A stretch of DNA of 64,000 bases, from contig OZ245033.1 in assembly GCA_965224025.1 (NCBI GenBank), positions 704,001 to 768,000 of the forward strand, written 5' to 3'. A program made the translations under genes and the position numbers. The notes below the pieces were generated by a model that saw nothing but the letters and a program-made list of their open reading frames with translations, searched no databases and was not told the DNA's origin. Numbering within the stretch: position 1 is the stretch's first letter; each line of letters opens with the position of its first letter. Positions 10,554-19,761 of the stretch are shown in pieces. This stretch comes from Candidatus Multivorans sp. (GTDB lineage: Bacteria; Acidobacteriota; Thermoanaerobaculia; Multivoradales; Multivoraceae).

Positions 10554-11327
10554 ATGAGTGACGAGAACCTCGAAGCGGCTGCATCCCCGGCCGCCGAATC
10601 CCCGGCCGCCGAATCCCCGGCCGAGGGGCCACAGGCGGAAGAAGCTGTTGCGCTGACGTCAGCGGAGCAGGGCTTGCTGACCTACGTTGAGGAAACCCGG
10701 GAGGACAACAAGACCTTCCGCTACTCGTTCGGGCTCGCGGTGCTGCTTCACGCGATCCTGTTGATCGTCAAGCTGCCCGATCTGTACGGCGACGTCGTGG
10801 CGCCGCCGCCGAAGCCCAAGGTCTTCGTGGTGCAGCAGGTGCGCTTCAAGCCGCCACCGCCGGAAGTGGAGCAGCAGATTCCGAAGCCCAAGTCGAAGAA
10901 GGTGCCGATCCCCGATCCGACGCCCGATGAGCCGGAACCGATCCGCATCGACGAGCCTGACGACATCGACATTCCGGAGGTCGACGATCTGGATCTGTTC
11001 GACCTGCCCGAGGCGCCGCCTCCTCCGGAACCGACCGGACCGATCTACGTCACCGGCGATGTGTCGAAGCCGGAGAAGATCAACGAGGTCAAGCCCCAGT
11101 ACACGGAGATTGCGCGCAAGGCGCGGATCCAGGGTGTCGTCATTCTTCAGGCAACGATCGACAAGAACGGCGACATTACGGACGTCAAGGTGTTGAAGGG
11201 CCTGCACATGGGCCTCAGCGAGGCCGCCGTGACGGCGGTCAAGCAGTGGAAGTTCAAGCCGGCGACCCTCAACGGCAAGCCGGTCGCCGTTTACTACAAC
11301 CTGACAGTCAACTTCCAGCTCCAGTAG
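10554..11327 (+). CDS. tonB: Energy transducer TonB
   Basis: One TM helix, Pro-rich linker, C-terminal [14 protein letters not shown]...WKFKPA domain. Confidence 0.92.
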   Translation: MSDENLEAAASPAAESPAAESPAEGPQAEEAVALTSAEQGLLTYVEETREDNKTFRYSFGLAVLLHAILLIVKLPDLYGDVVAPPPKPKVFVVQQVRFKPPPPEVEQQIPKPKSKKVPIPDPTPDEPEPIRIDEPDDIDIPEVDDLDLFDLPEAPPPPEPTGPIYVTGDVSKPEKINEVKPQYTEIARKARIQGVVILQATIDKNGDITDVKVLKGLHMGLSEAAVTAVKQWKFKPATLNGKPVAVYYNLTVNFQLQ

Positions 11328-11453
11328 GGGTTTGGGAGTTCAAGCCGGAGACGTGCTTGCGCCGGCCCGGCCGTCGTCATTAGCGAACCTGACCGTGAGC
11401 TTCCGAATGGAGCAACCCGGAGTACTTGGCGCCCCATGAAGGAGGCCCCATAG

Positions 11454-12632
11454 ATGACCAATCGCCGATCTGTTCTTGCCCTCGCTACGGCCTGCGCGCT
11501 GCTCGGAGCCTCCGTCGCGTCTGCCGGATGGGACGAGGGAGTCGCTGCGTTCAGGGCCGGCAACTACGCCCAGGCCATTGCCGAGTTCCAGCAGTTCGTC
11601 GAGGAGAGGACCGACGAAGAGGCACTTGTGGTGGGATACCAGATGCTGGCCCAGTCCCTGCTCCGAGGCGGCAAGGCCAAGGAGTCTGTGGCGGCGTTCC
11701 AGAAGCACCTCGAGTTGAAGCCCGGCGATGTTGGAAGCCAGATCGGGCTGGGGAAGGCGCACTACCAGTCCGGCATGCCCCGGGACTGCGTGGCGGCTCT
11801 GAACAGGCTGAACATCGGGAGCCTGCGGAAGCCCCACCAGATCCAGGTCTACCAGATGCGCAGCGCGAGCCAGGCAAGGCTTGGAAACACCCGTGGCGCG
11901 GCCGCCGACCTGGGGAAGGTCGCGGACTTGAAGGGGGATGCGAAGTCGCGCTTCGAGTACGGCAGGATGCTCCAGAACGACGCGCAACTCGACCCGGCGA
12001 TCAAAGCCTACGAACGGGCCGTGTCGATGGACGGCGGCCAGGCGGAGTGGAAGAAGACGTTGGTCAATGCCCTGAAGATCAAGGGTCGGAGCACCCAGGG
12101 TTCGGGTAAGACCGCCATCTACGCCAGGGCCGAAAGTGTCGCCCGCAGCCTGGTGGGGAGTAGTCCCTCCTTCGAGAACGTGCTCCTTCTGGGCGAGGTT
12201 CAGTTGGGCGCCAAGAACTACGAGGCGGCGGCGTCGACCTTCAAGCAGGCGATCTCCAAGAAGGGGAACGACTGGCATGCGCACTTCTACCTTGGGCAGG
12301 CGTATACGGCCCTTGAGCGCTTCAGCGACGCGGAAGGACCCCTGAACACGGCTTTGGGGCTCGCTTCAGGCGATGACGAAGCGCAGATCTGGAAGCAACT
12401 CGGCTTCGTCTTCGAGAAGCAGAAGAAGTACGAGCTCTCGATCGACGCCTACCAGAAGGGCAACGATCCGGCTGGCGTCGCCAGGGTGCGTGAGAACCAG
12501 CGGATCGAACAGGAAAACAGGGAAGCCGACGAGCACAACAAGAACATCGAGGAGTTGGAGCGCACGCGAGAGGAACTCCGCAGGCAACTGGAGGAACTCC
12601 CGGGCGCGGCGAACGATCCGCCGCGCCGCTAG
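11454..12632 (+). CDS. Secreted tetratricopeptide-repeat protein
   Basis: Signal peptide (ASA), repeated TPR-like helices, coiled-coil C-terminus. Confidence 0.85.
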   Translation: MTNRRSVLALATACALLGASVASAGWDEGVAAFRAGNYAQAIAEFQQFVEERTDEEALVVGYQMLAQSLLRGGKAKESVAAFQKHLELKPGDVGSQIGLGKAHYQSGMPRDCVAALNRLNIGSLRKPHQIQVYQMRSASQARLGNTRGAAADLGKVADLKGDAKSRFEYGRMLQNDAQLDPAIKAYERAVSMDGGQAEWKKTLVNALKIKGRSTQGSGKTAIYARAESVARSLVGSSPSFENVLLLGEVQLGAKNYEAAASTFKQAISKKGNDWHAHFYLGQAYTALERFSDAEGPLNTALGLASGDDEAQIWKQLGFVFEKQKKYELSIDAYQKGNDPAGVARVRENQRIEQENREADEHNKNIEELERTREELRRQLEELPGAANDPPRR

Positions 12633-12884
12633 GGATTCCGCGTTAGCGGAAGCTCTAGCGAACTCGTGCCGGTGCATGGGCCGTAGCGCCGGCATCGAGC
12701 GAGGCGGCGAGCGCGAGCCATTCGCCCTTCCAGGCTGAGCGGCTGACGCCGCCGGTCGCGGGTACCCGCCCATAGGTCGGGCCGGGACCGGGGACGTTCG
12801 CGCACCGCACGGAATAGGTGCGGCCGGCAACAGGTTGGAACGGGGGCATCACCCTTACACACCACCCGACAAGGGGGGCCCCGG

Positions 12885-13625
12885 ATGAGTGACACGAGCC
12901 CCGAGGCGGCTGGATCCCCGGCCGAAGAGTCGGTGACCGACGCTGTGCCCGCCACGTCAGCGGAGCATGGCCTGCTGACCTACGTGCAGGAGACGCAAAG
13001 AGACACCAGGACGTTCCGCTATTCACTGGGACTGGCTCTGTTCTTCCACGCGATTCTCCTGGTCGTCAAGCTGCCCGATCTGTACGGCAAGGAGCAGGCG
13101 GTGCCATCGGCGCCGCCGAAAGTCTTCGTGGTGCGGCAGGTGCGTTTCAAGCCGCCTCCGCCGACGGAGGAGATTCGCATCCCGAAGCCGAAGTCGAAGA
13201 AGGTGCCGATCCCTGATCCGACGCCGGATGATCTGGAACCGGTCCGGATCGAGGAACCGGAGCTCTACCTTCCCGAGGTCGACGAGCTGAATTGGAAGAT
13301 CGACGTGCCCGCGCCTCCGCCTCTGGAGACGCCCGGGCCGTTCGAAGTGACCCGTGACGTCGTCAAGCCGAAGAAGACCGTCCACGTCGACCCGCAGTAC
13401 ACCGAAATCGCGCGCAAGGCGCGGATTCAGGGTCGGGTCATTCTGCGCGCGACGATCGACCAGCAGGGTGACATCACCGATGTCGAGGTGCTGAGAGGTT
13501 TGCAGATGGGCCTCACGGAAGCCGCCGTGGCCGCGGTCAGGCAGTGGAAGTTCAAGCCGGCGACGCTGAACGGAAGGCCGGTCGCTGTCTACTTCAACCT
13601 GACCGTGACCTTCCAGCTACAGTAG
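12885..13625 (+). CDS. tonB: Energy transducer TonB (paralog of 10554-11327)
   Basis: Colinear with the first TonB; shared segments [17 protein letters not shown] and [14 protein letters not shown]. Confidence 0.9.
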   Translation: MSDTSPEAAGSPAEESVTDAVPATSAEHGLLTYVQETQRDTRTFRYSLGLALFFHAILLVVKLPDLYGKEQAVPSAPPKVFVVRQVRFKPPPPTEEIRIPKPKSKKVPIPDPTPDDLEPVRIEEPELYLPEVDELNWKIDVPAPPPLETPGPFEVTRDVVKPKKTVHVDPQYTEIARKARIQGRVILRATIDQQGDITDVEVLRGLQMGLTEAAVAAVRQWKFKPATLNGRPVAVYFNLTVTFQLQ

Positions 13626-13723
13626 GGACGAAGGCAGGGCTGTTCCAAAGTCGGCCGTTCCGAGGCCGGAGGTGCGGAAACGACTCCCGGATCAGGGGAT
13701 CGGCGCCGCGATGGCTCTCCGAG

Positions 13724-13820
13724 CCTGGGAACCCGGGTGGCGCGTCCCGCGCCACCCGCGAACCATCCGAGCGCCCGTCATCGGGCGTGCGGATGGCACC
13801 CGGGCGTCTCGCCCGCATCC
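13724..13820 (+). repeat. Composite repeat: family B element nested in a family A REP
   Basis: cctgggaacccggg[family B body ...ggatggcacccggg]cgtctcgcccgcatcc. Confidence 0.75.
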
Positions 13821-13918
13821 GGCGCGAAGCGCCGGACTTTGGAACAGCCCTGAGGGACGAAGGAGCAGGCCGATACTTGAGCCGCCCAATCCCGAAGGCA
13901 GCGGCCCTGGCCGGCCGC

Positions 13919-15412
13919 TTAGCCCTGGCCCAGCTTCCAACGCAGAATCTCCTGCGCCGCCCGGGGCTCGGCGCTACCTTGCGACGCCTTCATGACCTGG
14001 CCGACCAGGTAGCCAAGGGCCTGCTTGCGACCGCCACGGTACTCAAGGGCGGCCTTGGGGTTGGCCGCGATCGCGGCGTCGGCCCAGGCCTCGAGCTGAT
14101 CGTCGTCGCGCACCTGGCGTAGTCCGAGGCGATCGACGATCTGGTCGGGCGTCTCTTCCGAGTCCCATGCCTCGGCGAGCACGTCCTTGGCGGCGGTAGC
14201 CGACAGCTCGCCGGAATCGACCAGGGCCACGATGGCCGCCAGGCGCTCGGGCGCGATTAGTTGGACGTCCCGCTGCTTCAACTCGCGCAGGATCTCGGTC
14301 ATCACCCAGTTGGCGATCGACCTGGCGCCGGCTGGATGAGCGGCCACGGCGCTTTCGTAGTACGCCGCCAGGGCGACGCTGCCGGAGAGGCGCGTTGCTT
14401 CCTCGGCGCGCAGCCCGTAGGCGTCGCGGAACCGTGCACTCTTGTCCCACGGCAGCTCCGGGAGCACTTCCGCCTGACGCTCGATGCGGCGCTGAGTCAG
14501 CACCAGGGTGGAGAGGTCGGGCTCGGGAAAGTACCGGTAGTCGTGCGCTTCCTCCTTGGACCGCAGGGAGCGGGTGGCGCCGCTTGCCGGCTCGAAGCTG
14601 CGCGTCTCCTGCTCGACCTGGCCTCCGGCGGTCAGAATGTGCAATTGCCGCTCCCGTTCGTACTCGAGCGCCTTGGCGACGTGGCGGAAGGAGTTCAGGT
14701 TCTTGACCTCCGTCTTCGTGCCGAGCGTGCCTGTGCCGGCCGGACGCAGGGAGAGGTTGGCGTCGCAGCGCAGACTGCCCTCCTCCATGTTGCCGTCGCT
14801 GGCGCCGGTGTAGAGAAGGACCTGGTGGAGCGTCTGCAGATAGGCCTGCGCGTCCTCGGGTGAGCGAATCTCGGGTTCGGTCACGATCTCCACCAGGGGT
14901 ACGCCGCAGCGGTTGAAGTCGACCAGGCTCCGCCCCGGCAGCGGACCGCCTCCAGGCACCTCGTGGAGCAGCTTGCCGGCGTCCTCTTCGAGGTGGATTC
15001 GATGGAGCCGGACCTCCCGGCCGGACGGCAGCGGCACCGACCCGCCCTCGGCCAGCGGCTGGTCGTACTGACTGATCTGGTAGCCCTTCGGCAGGTCGGA
15101 GTAGAAGTAGTTCTTGCGCGCGAACACGGACCGCCGCCTGACCTCGCACCCCAGGGCCAACGCCAGCCGGATGGCGAGGTCGACGGCGTGCTGGTTGGTC
15201 ACCGGCAGGGTGCCGGGGTAGCCGACGCAGACCGGGCACACGAGCTCGTTCGGCTCGGCGCCGAAACGGTTCTCGCAGCGGCAGAACATCTTCGTTCTGG
15301 TGCGCAACTGGACATGGACTTCCAGCCCGATGACCGTTTCCCAGGCGGCATCGAGGGCTGCGGGAGAGACTCCCGGATTGGCCGTGCTCTGCGCTACGCT
15401 CATGACCGTCAC
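13919..15412 (-). CDS. gatB: Asp/Glu-tRNA amidotransferase subunit B
   Basis: VIGLEVHVQL, RKNYFYSDLPKGYQISQ, EEDAGK, NMEEGSLRCDAN, DYRYFPEPDL. Confidence 0.97.
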   Translation of the reverse strand: MTVMSVAQSTANPGVSPAALDAAWETVIGLEVHVQLRTRTKMFCRCENRFGAEPNELVCPVCVGYPGTLPVTNQHAVDLAIRLALALGCEVRRRSVFARKNYFYSDLPKGYQISQYDQPLAEGGSVPLPSGREVRLHRIHLEEDAGKLLHEVPGGGPLPGRSLVDFNRCGVPLVEIVTEPEIRSPEDAQAYLQTLHQVLLYTGASDGNMEEGSLRCDANLSLRPAGTGTLGTKTEVKNLNSFRHVAKALEYERERQLHILTAGGQVEQETRSFEPASGATRSLRSKEEAHDYRYFPEPDLSTLVLTQRRIERQAEVLPELPWDKSARFRDAYGLRAEEATRLSGSVALAAYYESAVAAHPAGARSIANWVMTEILRELKQRDVQLIAPERLAAIVALVDSGELSATAAKDVLAEAWDSEETPDQIVDRLGLRQVRDDDQLEAWADAAIAANPKAALEYRGGRKQALGYLVGQVMKASQGSAEPRAAQEILRWKLGQG

Positions 15413-15445
15413 GATGGCCGCGGCATCCTACAGCAGCTACCGGCG

Positions 15446-16141
15446 GTGAAGCGCCGGGTAGCGGCTACTACGGTCCACTGCCGCGGGCCGGTCCGGGCCG
15501 CCTTCCTGGGCGCGGCGCCGGGAGCGCGGGCGCTGGGGCCGGAGGAGGCCTTCCGACTCCTGGCGCGCGATGTCTCTGCTGCGGAAGCGGCCTCGCCCGC
15601 CTGGTTGAGGCAGCGGCACAGCGCCGAGGCGCTGCGGGCGGAGGCGCCCGGCCTGAGGGGAGAGGGAGACGCCCTGATCGTCTCTCGCGCCGGCGTCGCG
15701 GCGACCGTCTTCGTCGCCGACTGCGTACCGGTGCTGATCGCCGCAGGTGAGAGCGTGGCAGCCGTTCACGCCGGCTGGCGGGGGCTGGCGGGCGGCGTTC
15801 TCCCCTCGGCGATGCGGGAGTTGAAGCGTGCCGGCGCCGCAGATCCGGCCACGGCCGAGGCCTGGATCGGTCCGGCGATCGGGCGCTGTTGCTACGAGGT
15901 AGGCGAAGACGTGGCCGGCCAGGTGGAATCCGCGACCGGTTCCGAGGTCGTCATCCGCCGGCCGGGGCGCAAGCCGCACCTCGATCTGGTCCTGGCGGCT
16001 TCGAAGCAGCTTGCGGGTTTGGGCGTGGGCCGCGTCTCAAGTAGCGGTTGCTGCGTTCGTTGCGATTCGGACTGGTGGAGCTACCGCCGCGACGGCGCGA
16101 GCGCCGGCCGGAACTACGCCTTCATCTGGCGCGCCCCATAG
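15446..16141 (+). CDS. pgeF: YfiH/PgeF (polyphenol oxidase/laccase-domain) family protein
   Basis: ADCVPVL, HAGWRG, IGPAIGRCCYEVG, WSYRRDG; start uncertain. Confidence 0.88.
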   Translation: MKRRVAATTVHCRGPVRAAFLGAAPGARALGPEEAFRLLARDVSAAEAASPAWLRQRHSAEALRAEAPGLRGEGDALIVSRAGVAATVFVADCVPVLIAAGESVAAVHAGWRGLAGGVLPSAMRELKRAGAADPATAEAWIGPAIGRCCYEVGEDVAGQVESATGSEVVIRRPGRKPHLDLVLAASKQLAGLGVGRVSSSGCCVRCDSDWWSYRRDGASAGRNYAFIWRAP

Positions 16142-16147
16142 CGGGTG

Positions 16148-16465
16148 TCAGTCGGCGTCGGATGCCGCCCGGCGCGAACTGCGGCTGCGGGTCCTGCGGG
16201 TGGGGTCGATTCCCAGGGAGCGCAGGAAAGCGAGGTCGCGTCCGTTGATGCGAAACGCCGGCGGCGGTAGCGGCCGCCTGGTCGAAGAGCTCTTGTCGAC
16301 GCCGCTATCGTCGTCGTCGCTTCTCTTGCAGTCGAGGAAGAGGTTGAGCGTGTAGCCTTCGCGCCGGATCGACTCGAGCCGATCGTGGACCTCGGGCGAC
16401 TCGGCCATCGCCTCGCAGAGAGACCGGGTGAGTTCTTCGAGTAGTTGCTTGAGCCGGGGTTCCAT
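16148..16465 (-). CDS. Hypothetical small protein
   Basis: Natural-looking protein MEPRLKQLLEEL...DLAFLRSLGIDPTR; no function recognised. Confidence 0.7.
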   Translation of the reverse strand: MEPRLKQLLEELTRSLCEAMAESPEVHDRLESIRREGYTLNLFLDCKRSDDDDSGVDKSSSTRRPLPPPAFRINGRDLAFLRSLGIDPTRRTRSRSSRRAASDAD

Positions 16466-17525
16466 GGGCCGACGACCATTATCCCAGACCGCAGCCGGTA
16501 GCGGCACTCCGGATTCGCTACAGGGCGATACGGCCGTCTGGCGGCCGGTGCTCGACGCGCTGGCCGGGGCGGGCTGGGCGCCGGGCTCGTTCCAGCCTCT
16601 GGCCGGCGACGTCTCGGCACGGCGGTACGGCCGGCTGCGTCTTGCCTCGGGCGAGCAGCGGGTCGTCTGCAGCTATCCCGACGACATGAAGGATGTGGCG
16701 GCGCGCTTTGTGGTCGCTACCGAGCTGCTGGCTTCGGTCGCTGTGCCGACACCGAGGGTGGACCAGCACTCGCTCGAGCATCCGGTTTGGGTTCTCCTGG
16801 AGGATCTGGGCCCGCGAACTCTGTTCGAGCGCTGGAAGGAGGCCGGCGGCGCCTCCGAGGTGAACCTGAGTCGGCGACTGGCTGAAGCCAGGGAACTCAT
16901 CGGGCGGATTCAACTCCTGCCGCCCGACAAGGTACAGGCACTGGGCTCTCCGCCGCTGGACCGGGCCCTGTTGATGACTGAACTCGACCAGACCTGGGAG
17001 CGGTTCCTCGAACCGCAAGGTCTGGTTGCGGACCCGGAGCTGGCCGAGCAGCTCCGAGCCGTATGCGCTGCCATCTCCGGGCGGCTCGACTCGGCGAGGA
17101 GCGTGCCGTGTCACCGCGATTTCATGGCCCGGAACCTGATGCTGCGCGCGCCGGCCGCGGTTCCGCCGGGCGGCGCCGAAGAGCTGGTCGTGATCGACCA
17201 CCAGGATCTGCGCCTGGGGCCACCGTGCTACGACCTGGCCTCGCTCCTGAACGACACGTTGACGCTCTCGGTCCGAGAGCGGCAGGAGCACCTGTCGGCC
17301 CTCCAGGAAGACGCTGACCGGATGGCGCAGTACCACGCGGCGACGGCCCAGCGCACACTCAAGATCGCGGGCACCTTCGCGCACTTCGCGGCGGTCGGCA
17401 GCGACCGCTATCTGCAGTTGATTCCACCGGCCCTGCGGAGGTTCCTGGATGCCCTGGATGCTCTTCCCGAAGGGCGCGAGCTGGCGCCCTCGTTGCGCGG
17501 GGCCTGGGCGTCGGTTATCGCGTAG
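16464..17525 (+). CDS. Aminoglycoside-phosphotransferase-like kinase (AmgK-like)
   Basis: LAGDVSARRY, LEDLG, HRDFMARNLM, IDHQDLRLGP..YDLASLL, QR.LK..G.F; start uncertain. Confidence 0.85.
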   Translation: MGRRPLSQTAAGSGTPDSLQGDTAVWRPVLDALAGAGWAPGSFQPLAGDVSARRYGRLRLASGEQRVVCSYPDDMKDVAARFVVATELLASVAVPTPRVDQHSLEHPVWVLLEDLGPRTLFERWKEAGGASEVNLSRRLAEARELIGRIQLLPPDKVQALGSPPLDRALLMTELDQTWERFLEPQGLVADPELAEQLRAVCAAISGRLDSARSVPCHRDFMARNLMLRAPAAVPPGGAEELVVIDHQDLRLGPPCYDLASLLNDTLTLSVRERQEHLSALQEDADRMAQYHAATAQRTLKIAGTFAHFAAVGSDRYLQLIPPALRRFLDALDALPEGRELAPSLRGAWASVIA

Positions 17526-17527
17526 AG

Positions 17528-17581
17528 CCGCCAGACGCCTCGCAGGCTCGGAGTTTGGCCCCAGCCCCCACCTCACCAGGA
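17528..17581 (+). repeat. Repeat family E (gtttggccccagcccccacctcaccagga)
   Basis: Reverse-complement copy at 44041-44094; degenerate copy near 19270-19300. Confidence 0.75.
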
Positions 17582-17699
17582 GTCCGCGCGCCAAGGCTCA
17601 GGATGTTGCGTTCCGCCGCGCAGACTTCCATGGAACAAACCTGTTCCCCGCGCGGTAGCGCAGCGAGTACGCTGTGGGGACTTGCATGGAACGAGCCCT

Positions 17700-17745
17700 G
17701 TTCCCGTGCGTCAGCGCGGCGCGGACGCCGCGACTCGACTCCTGG
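17700..17745 (+). repeat. Repeat family C
   Basis: gtgcgtcagcgcggcgcggacgccgcgactcgactcctgg is identical at 13-52; related copies at 17965-17998 (-), 18240-18285 and 30819-30863 (-). Confidence 0.8.
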
Positions 17746-17783
17746 ATGCTAGTATCCGTACTCGACTTCGACAGGAGAACGCC

Positions 17784-17954
17784 ATGCCGTCCTTTGGCAT
17801 TCAAGAGCTACTCATCATCTTCGTCATCCTGATGGTCATCTTCGGTGGCAGCAAGCTGCCCCTCCTTGGCCGCGGCATGGGTGAGGGCATCCGCAACTTC
17901 AAGAAGGGCCTGCGCGGCGACGACTCCTCGGAACTCGACGAAAAACAGCCCTAG
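17784..17954 (+). CDS. tatA: Twin-arginine translocase TatA/E
   Basis: FGIQELLIIFVILMVIFGGSKLP.LGRGMGEGIRNFKKG; RBS caggag. Confidence 0.95.
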   Translation: MPSFGIQELLIIFVILMVIFGGSKLPLLGRGMGEGIRNFKKGLRGDDSSELDEKQP

Positions 17955-18074
17955 GAGCATCCACAGCGGTGGTCCGCTGCGCTGTCGCGCAGGGAACATG
18001 TGCATTCGGGTGTCGGGCCGCAGCGATTTCACCCACTTGCAGCAAGACATTTCATTCCTGCTGCTCCACTATCT

Positions 18075-18234
18075 CTGGGTGCGCGGGCCTTCTGGCCCGC
18101 ATCAGGCGCGATGCCGCGAAGCGGCGAGCGCGAGCCATTTCCACCGCGCCACCGTTCACAAAGAGCAGGCCTTCGGCCGGCGCGCTTTCCTGGCCGCCTC
18201 CGGCGGCAGCGGGTCAGAAGACCCGCGCACCCAG
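18075..18234. repeat. Inverted pair of family A REPs (REPIN/BIME-like)
   Basis: ctgggtgcgcgggccttctggcccgc at 18075 and gcgggtcagaagacccgcgcacccag at 18209-18234. Confidence 0.8.
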
Positions 18235-18285
18235 TCGGCGGCCAGTTCCCTGCAAGTCAGCGCTGCGCGGAAGCAGCGCTGACTC

Positions 18286-19041
18286 CTAGCCGCCGGCGAG
18301 GACGGCGAAGTCGAGGCCGCCCGGATTGACGGCCGACCACGCCGCGCGGTGGTGCGCGACGTAGAGGCGGAGGACGCCCTCCGTGAACTTCCGGGTTTCG
18401 CGGAAGGGGGGCATGCCATTGAAGCGATCGACCTTGCCGGGTCCCGCGTTGTACGCCGCGAGCGCCAGCACCAGATCGCCGTCGAAACGGCGCAGCAGGG
18501 AGGCCAGATAGCTCGCTCCGGCATCCAGGTTCTGGCTGGGGTCGTAGACGTTGGCCACGCCGAACTGTTCGGCGGTCGCCGGCATCATCTGCATCAGGCC
18601 GAGAGCACCTTCTGGTGAGACGGCCAGGGTGTCGAAGGCGGACTCGGTCTGCGCGACGGCCGCCACCAGCAACGGATCGATCTCGCGCCGCTCGGCGACG
18701 GCGACAATCTGGGCGCCAAATGGGACGTGCTGCATCCGGTCCCGAACCGCGTTCCCGTCGGCGGCGCCGATGAAGAGCGCGAAGCTCTCCTCGTGGGACC
18801 GAATCGTCTCGTACAGCGGCCGGCCAGCCAGGGATGTGCGGGCCGTCGCGGTACCCGATGCCGGGTCGAGCCAGGCCTGAATCTCCTCGAACAGAGCGAC
18901 GTCCTCGAGGTGCGGCGGCGCCGGCAACGAGTCGGGCTGCCTCCCGGGCGCGGTGTCCCGCACCGAGACGGCCAAAATGGCGGTGGCGGCCACAACGACC
19001 GCCAAGGCCTTCTTGCCGCTGCTGGTGTTCCAGATGTACAT
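18286..19041 (-). CDS. Lytic transglycosylase (SLT domain), exported
   Basis: TESAF, SPEGALGLMQMMPATA, LAAYNAGPG, PPFRETR; N-terminal hydrophobic segment. Confidence 0.9.
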   Translation of the reverse strand: MYIWNTSSGKKALAVVVAATAILAVSVRDTAPGRQPDSLPAPPHLEDVALFEEIQAWLDPASGTATARTSLAGRPLYETIRSHEESFALFIGAADGNAVRDRMQHVPFGAQIVAVAERREIDPLLVAAVAQTESAFDTLAVSPEGALGLMQMMPATAEQFGVANVYDPSQNLDAGASYLASLLRRFDGDLVLALAAYNAGPGKVDRFNGMPPFRETRKFTEGVLRLYVAHHRAAWSAVNPGGLDFAVLAGG

Positions 19042-19200
19042 GAGAAGAGTGGATTCGAGGGTCCTGGCCGCTGAGGCCCAGGTGGCCGCTGCAAGGACGG
19101 TCGCTTTCGGCGTTGCACGATCCGGCCGGTAACGACGGCGCGGCTTCGCGCCTGGAGGAATCCCCCGACCGTGGGAGAGAACGCCCGGCTGGACTTGCGA

Positions 19201-19216
19201 GCAAGGTGTATGCCAA
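19201..19216 (-). promoter_or_regulatory. Sigma-54 (-24/-12) promoter of the lytic transglycosylase gene
   Basis: Minus strand TTGGCATACACCTTGC has exact GG-N10-GC spacing. Confidence 0.75.
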
Positions 19217-19358
19217 CCCGTCAGCTTGCGCCGGAGAACGCAACGGAGTGCGTTCTGCGGCGCGGCGTGCTGGAGAGGTGGGGCTGGGGCCAAACAGGGC
19301 GTCCGCGAAGGGTTGGCTGCGGGTTCTTCGTTTCCCAGCCGACCATCTGGGCGGAGTT

Positions 19359-19652
19359 CTATTTCGATTGGATCCTCTTGCTGGATGTACGGTATTCAGC
19401 CGATTGGATGCGAAGGGCGTCGACCTTGGTGCGCAGTGTGTTGCGGTGGATGCCGAGGCTGTTTGCGGAGCGGTTGAGGTTGCCTTGGTTGAGACGTAGC
19501 GAAGCCAGAATGAACTGCCGTTCGAAGATCCGACGAGCTTGAGCCAAGGTGACGCCCCGGCTGACCAAATGCTTGACGAGGTGGTCAAGCTGGTCGCCTA
19601 GATCCTCCGTCGCGTCCTCGGGAACGCGGCCGTCTGCGCTGAGCTGCTTCAA
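19359..19652 (-). CDS. Stand-alone Fis-family helix-turn-helix protein
   Basis: FERQFI..SL..NQGNLNRSANSLGIHRNTLR.K. Confidence 0.85.
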   Translation of the reverse strand: MKQLSADGRVPEDATEDLGDQLDHLVKHLVSRGVTLAQARRIFERQFILASLRLNQGNLNRSANSLGIHRNTLRTKVDALRIQSAEYRTSSKRIQSK

Positions 19653-19761
19653 GGCGAGTCGCGTGCCGAAACGGCGATTCTAACACACCTGGGAGGCTTC
19701 GGGGCGATCCAGGAAGCGGCCTGCCTGAACGCAGCGGAGCGAGTTCTGTTGCGCCGTGTCG

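Noticed and set aside
10581-10625. SPAAE x3 tandem repeat in tonB, PRVTV x2 at about 28921-28950, and the ES tract near 60830
   Set aside because: Ordinary in-frame slippage duplications in linker regions.
19045-19200. c-di-AMP (ydaO) riboswitch ahead of the lytic transglycosylase
   Set aside because: Hairpins are present, but I could not find the conserved ydaO elements by eye; an Rfam scan is needed.
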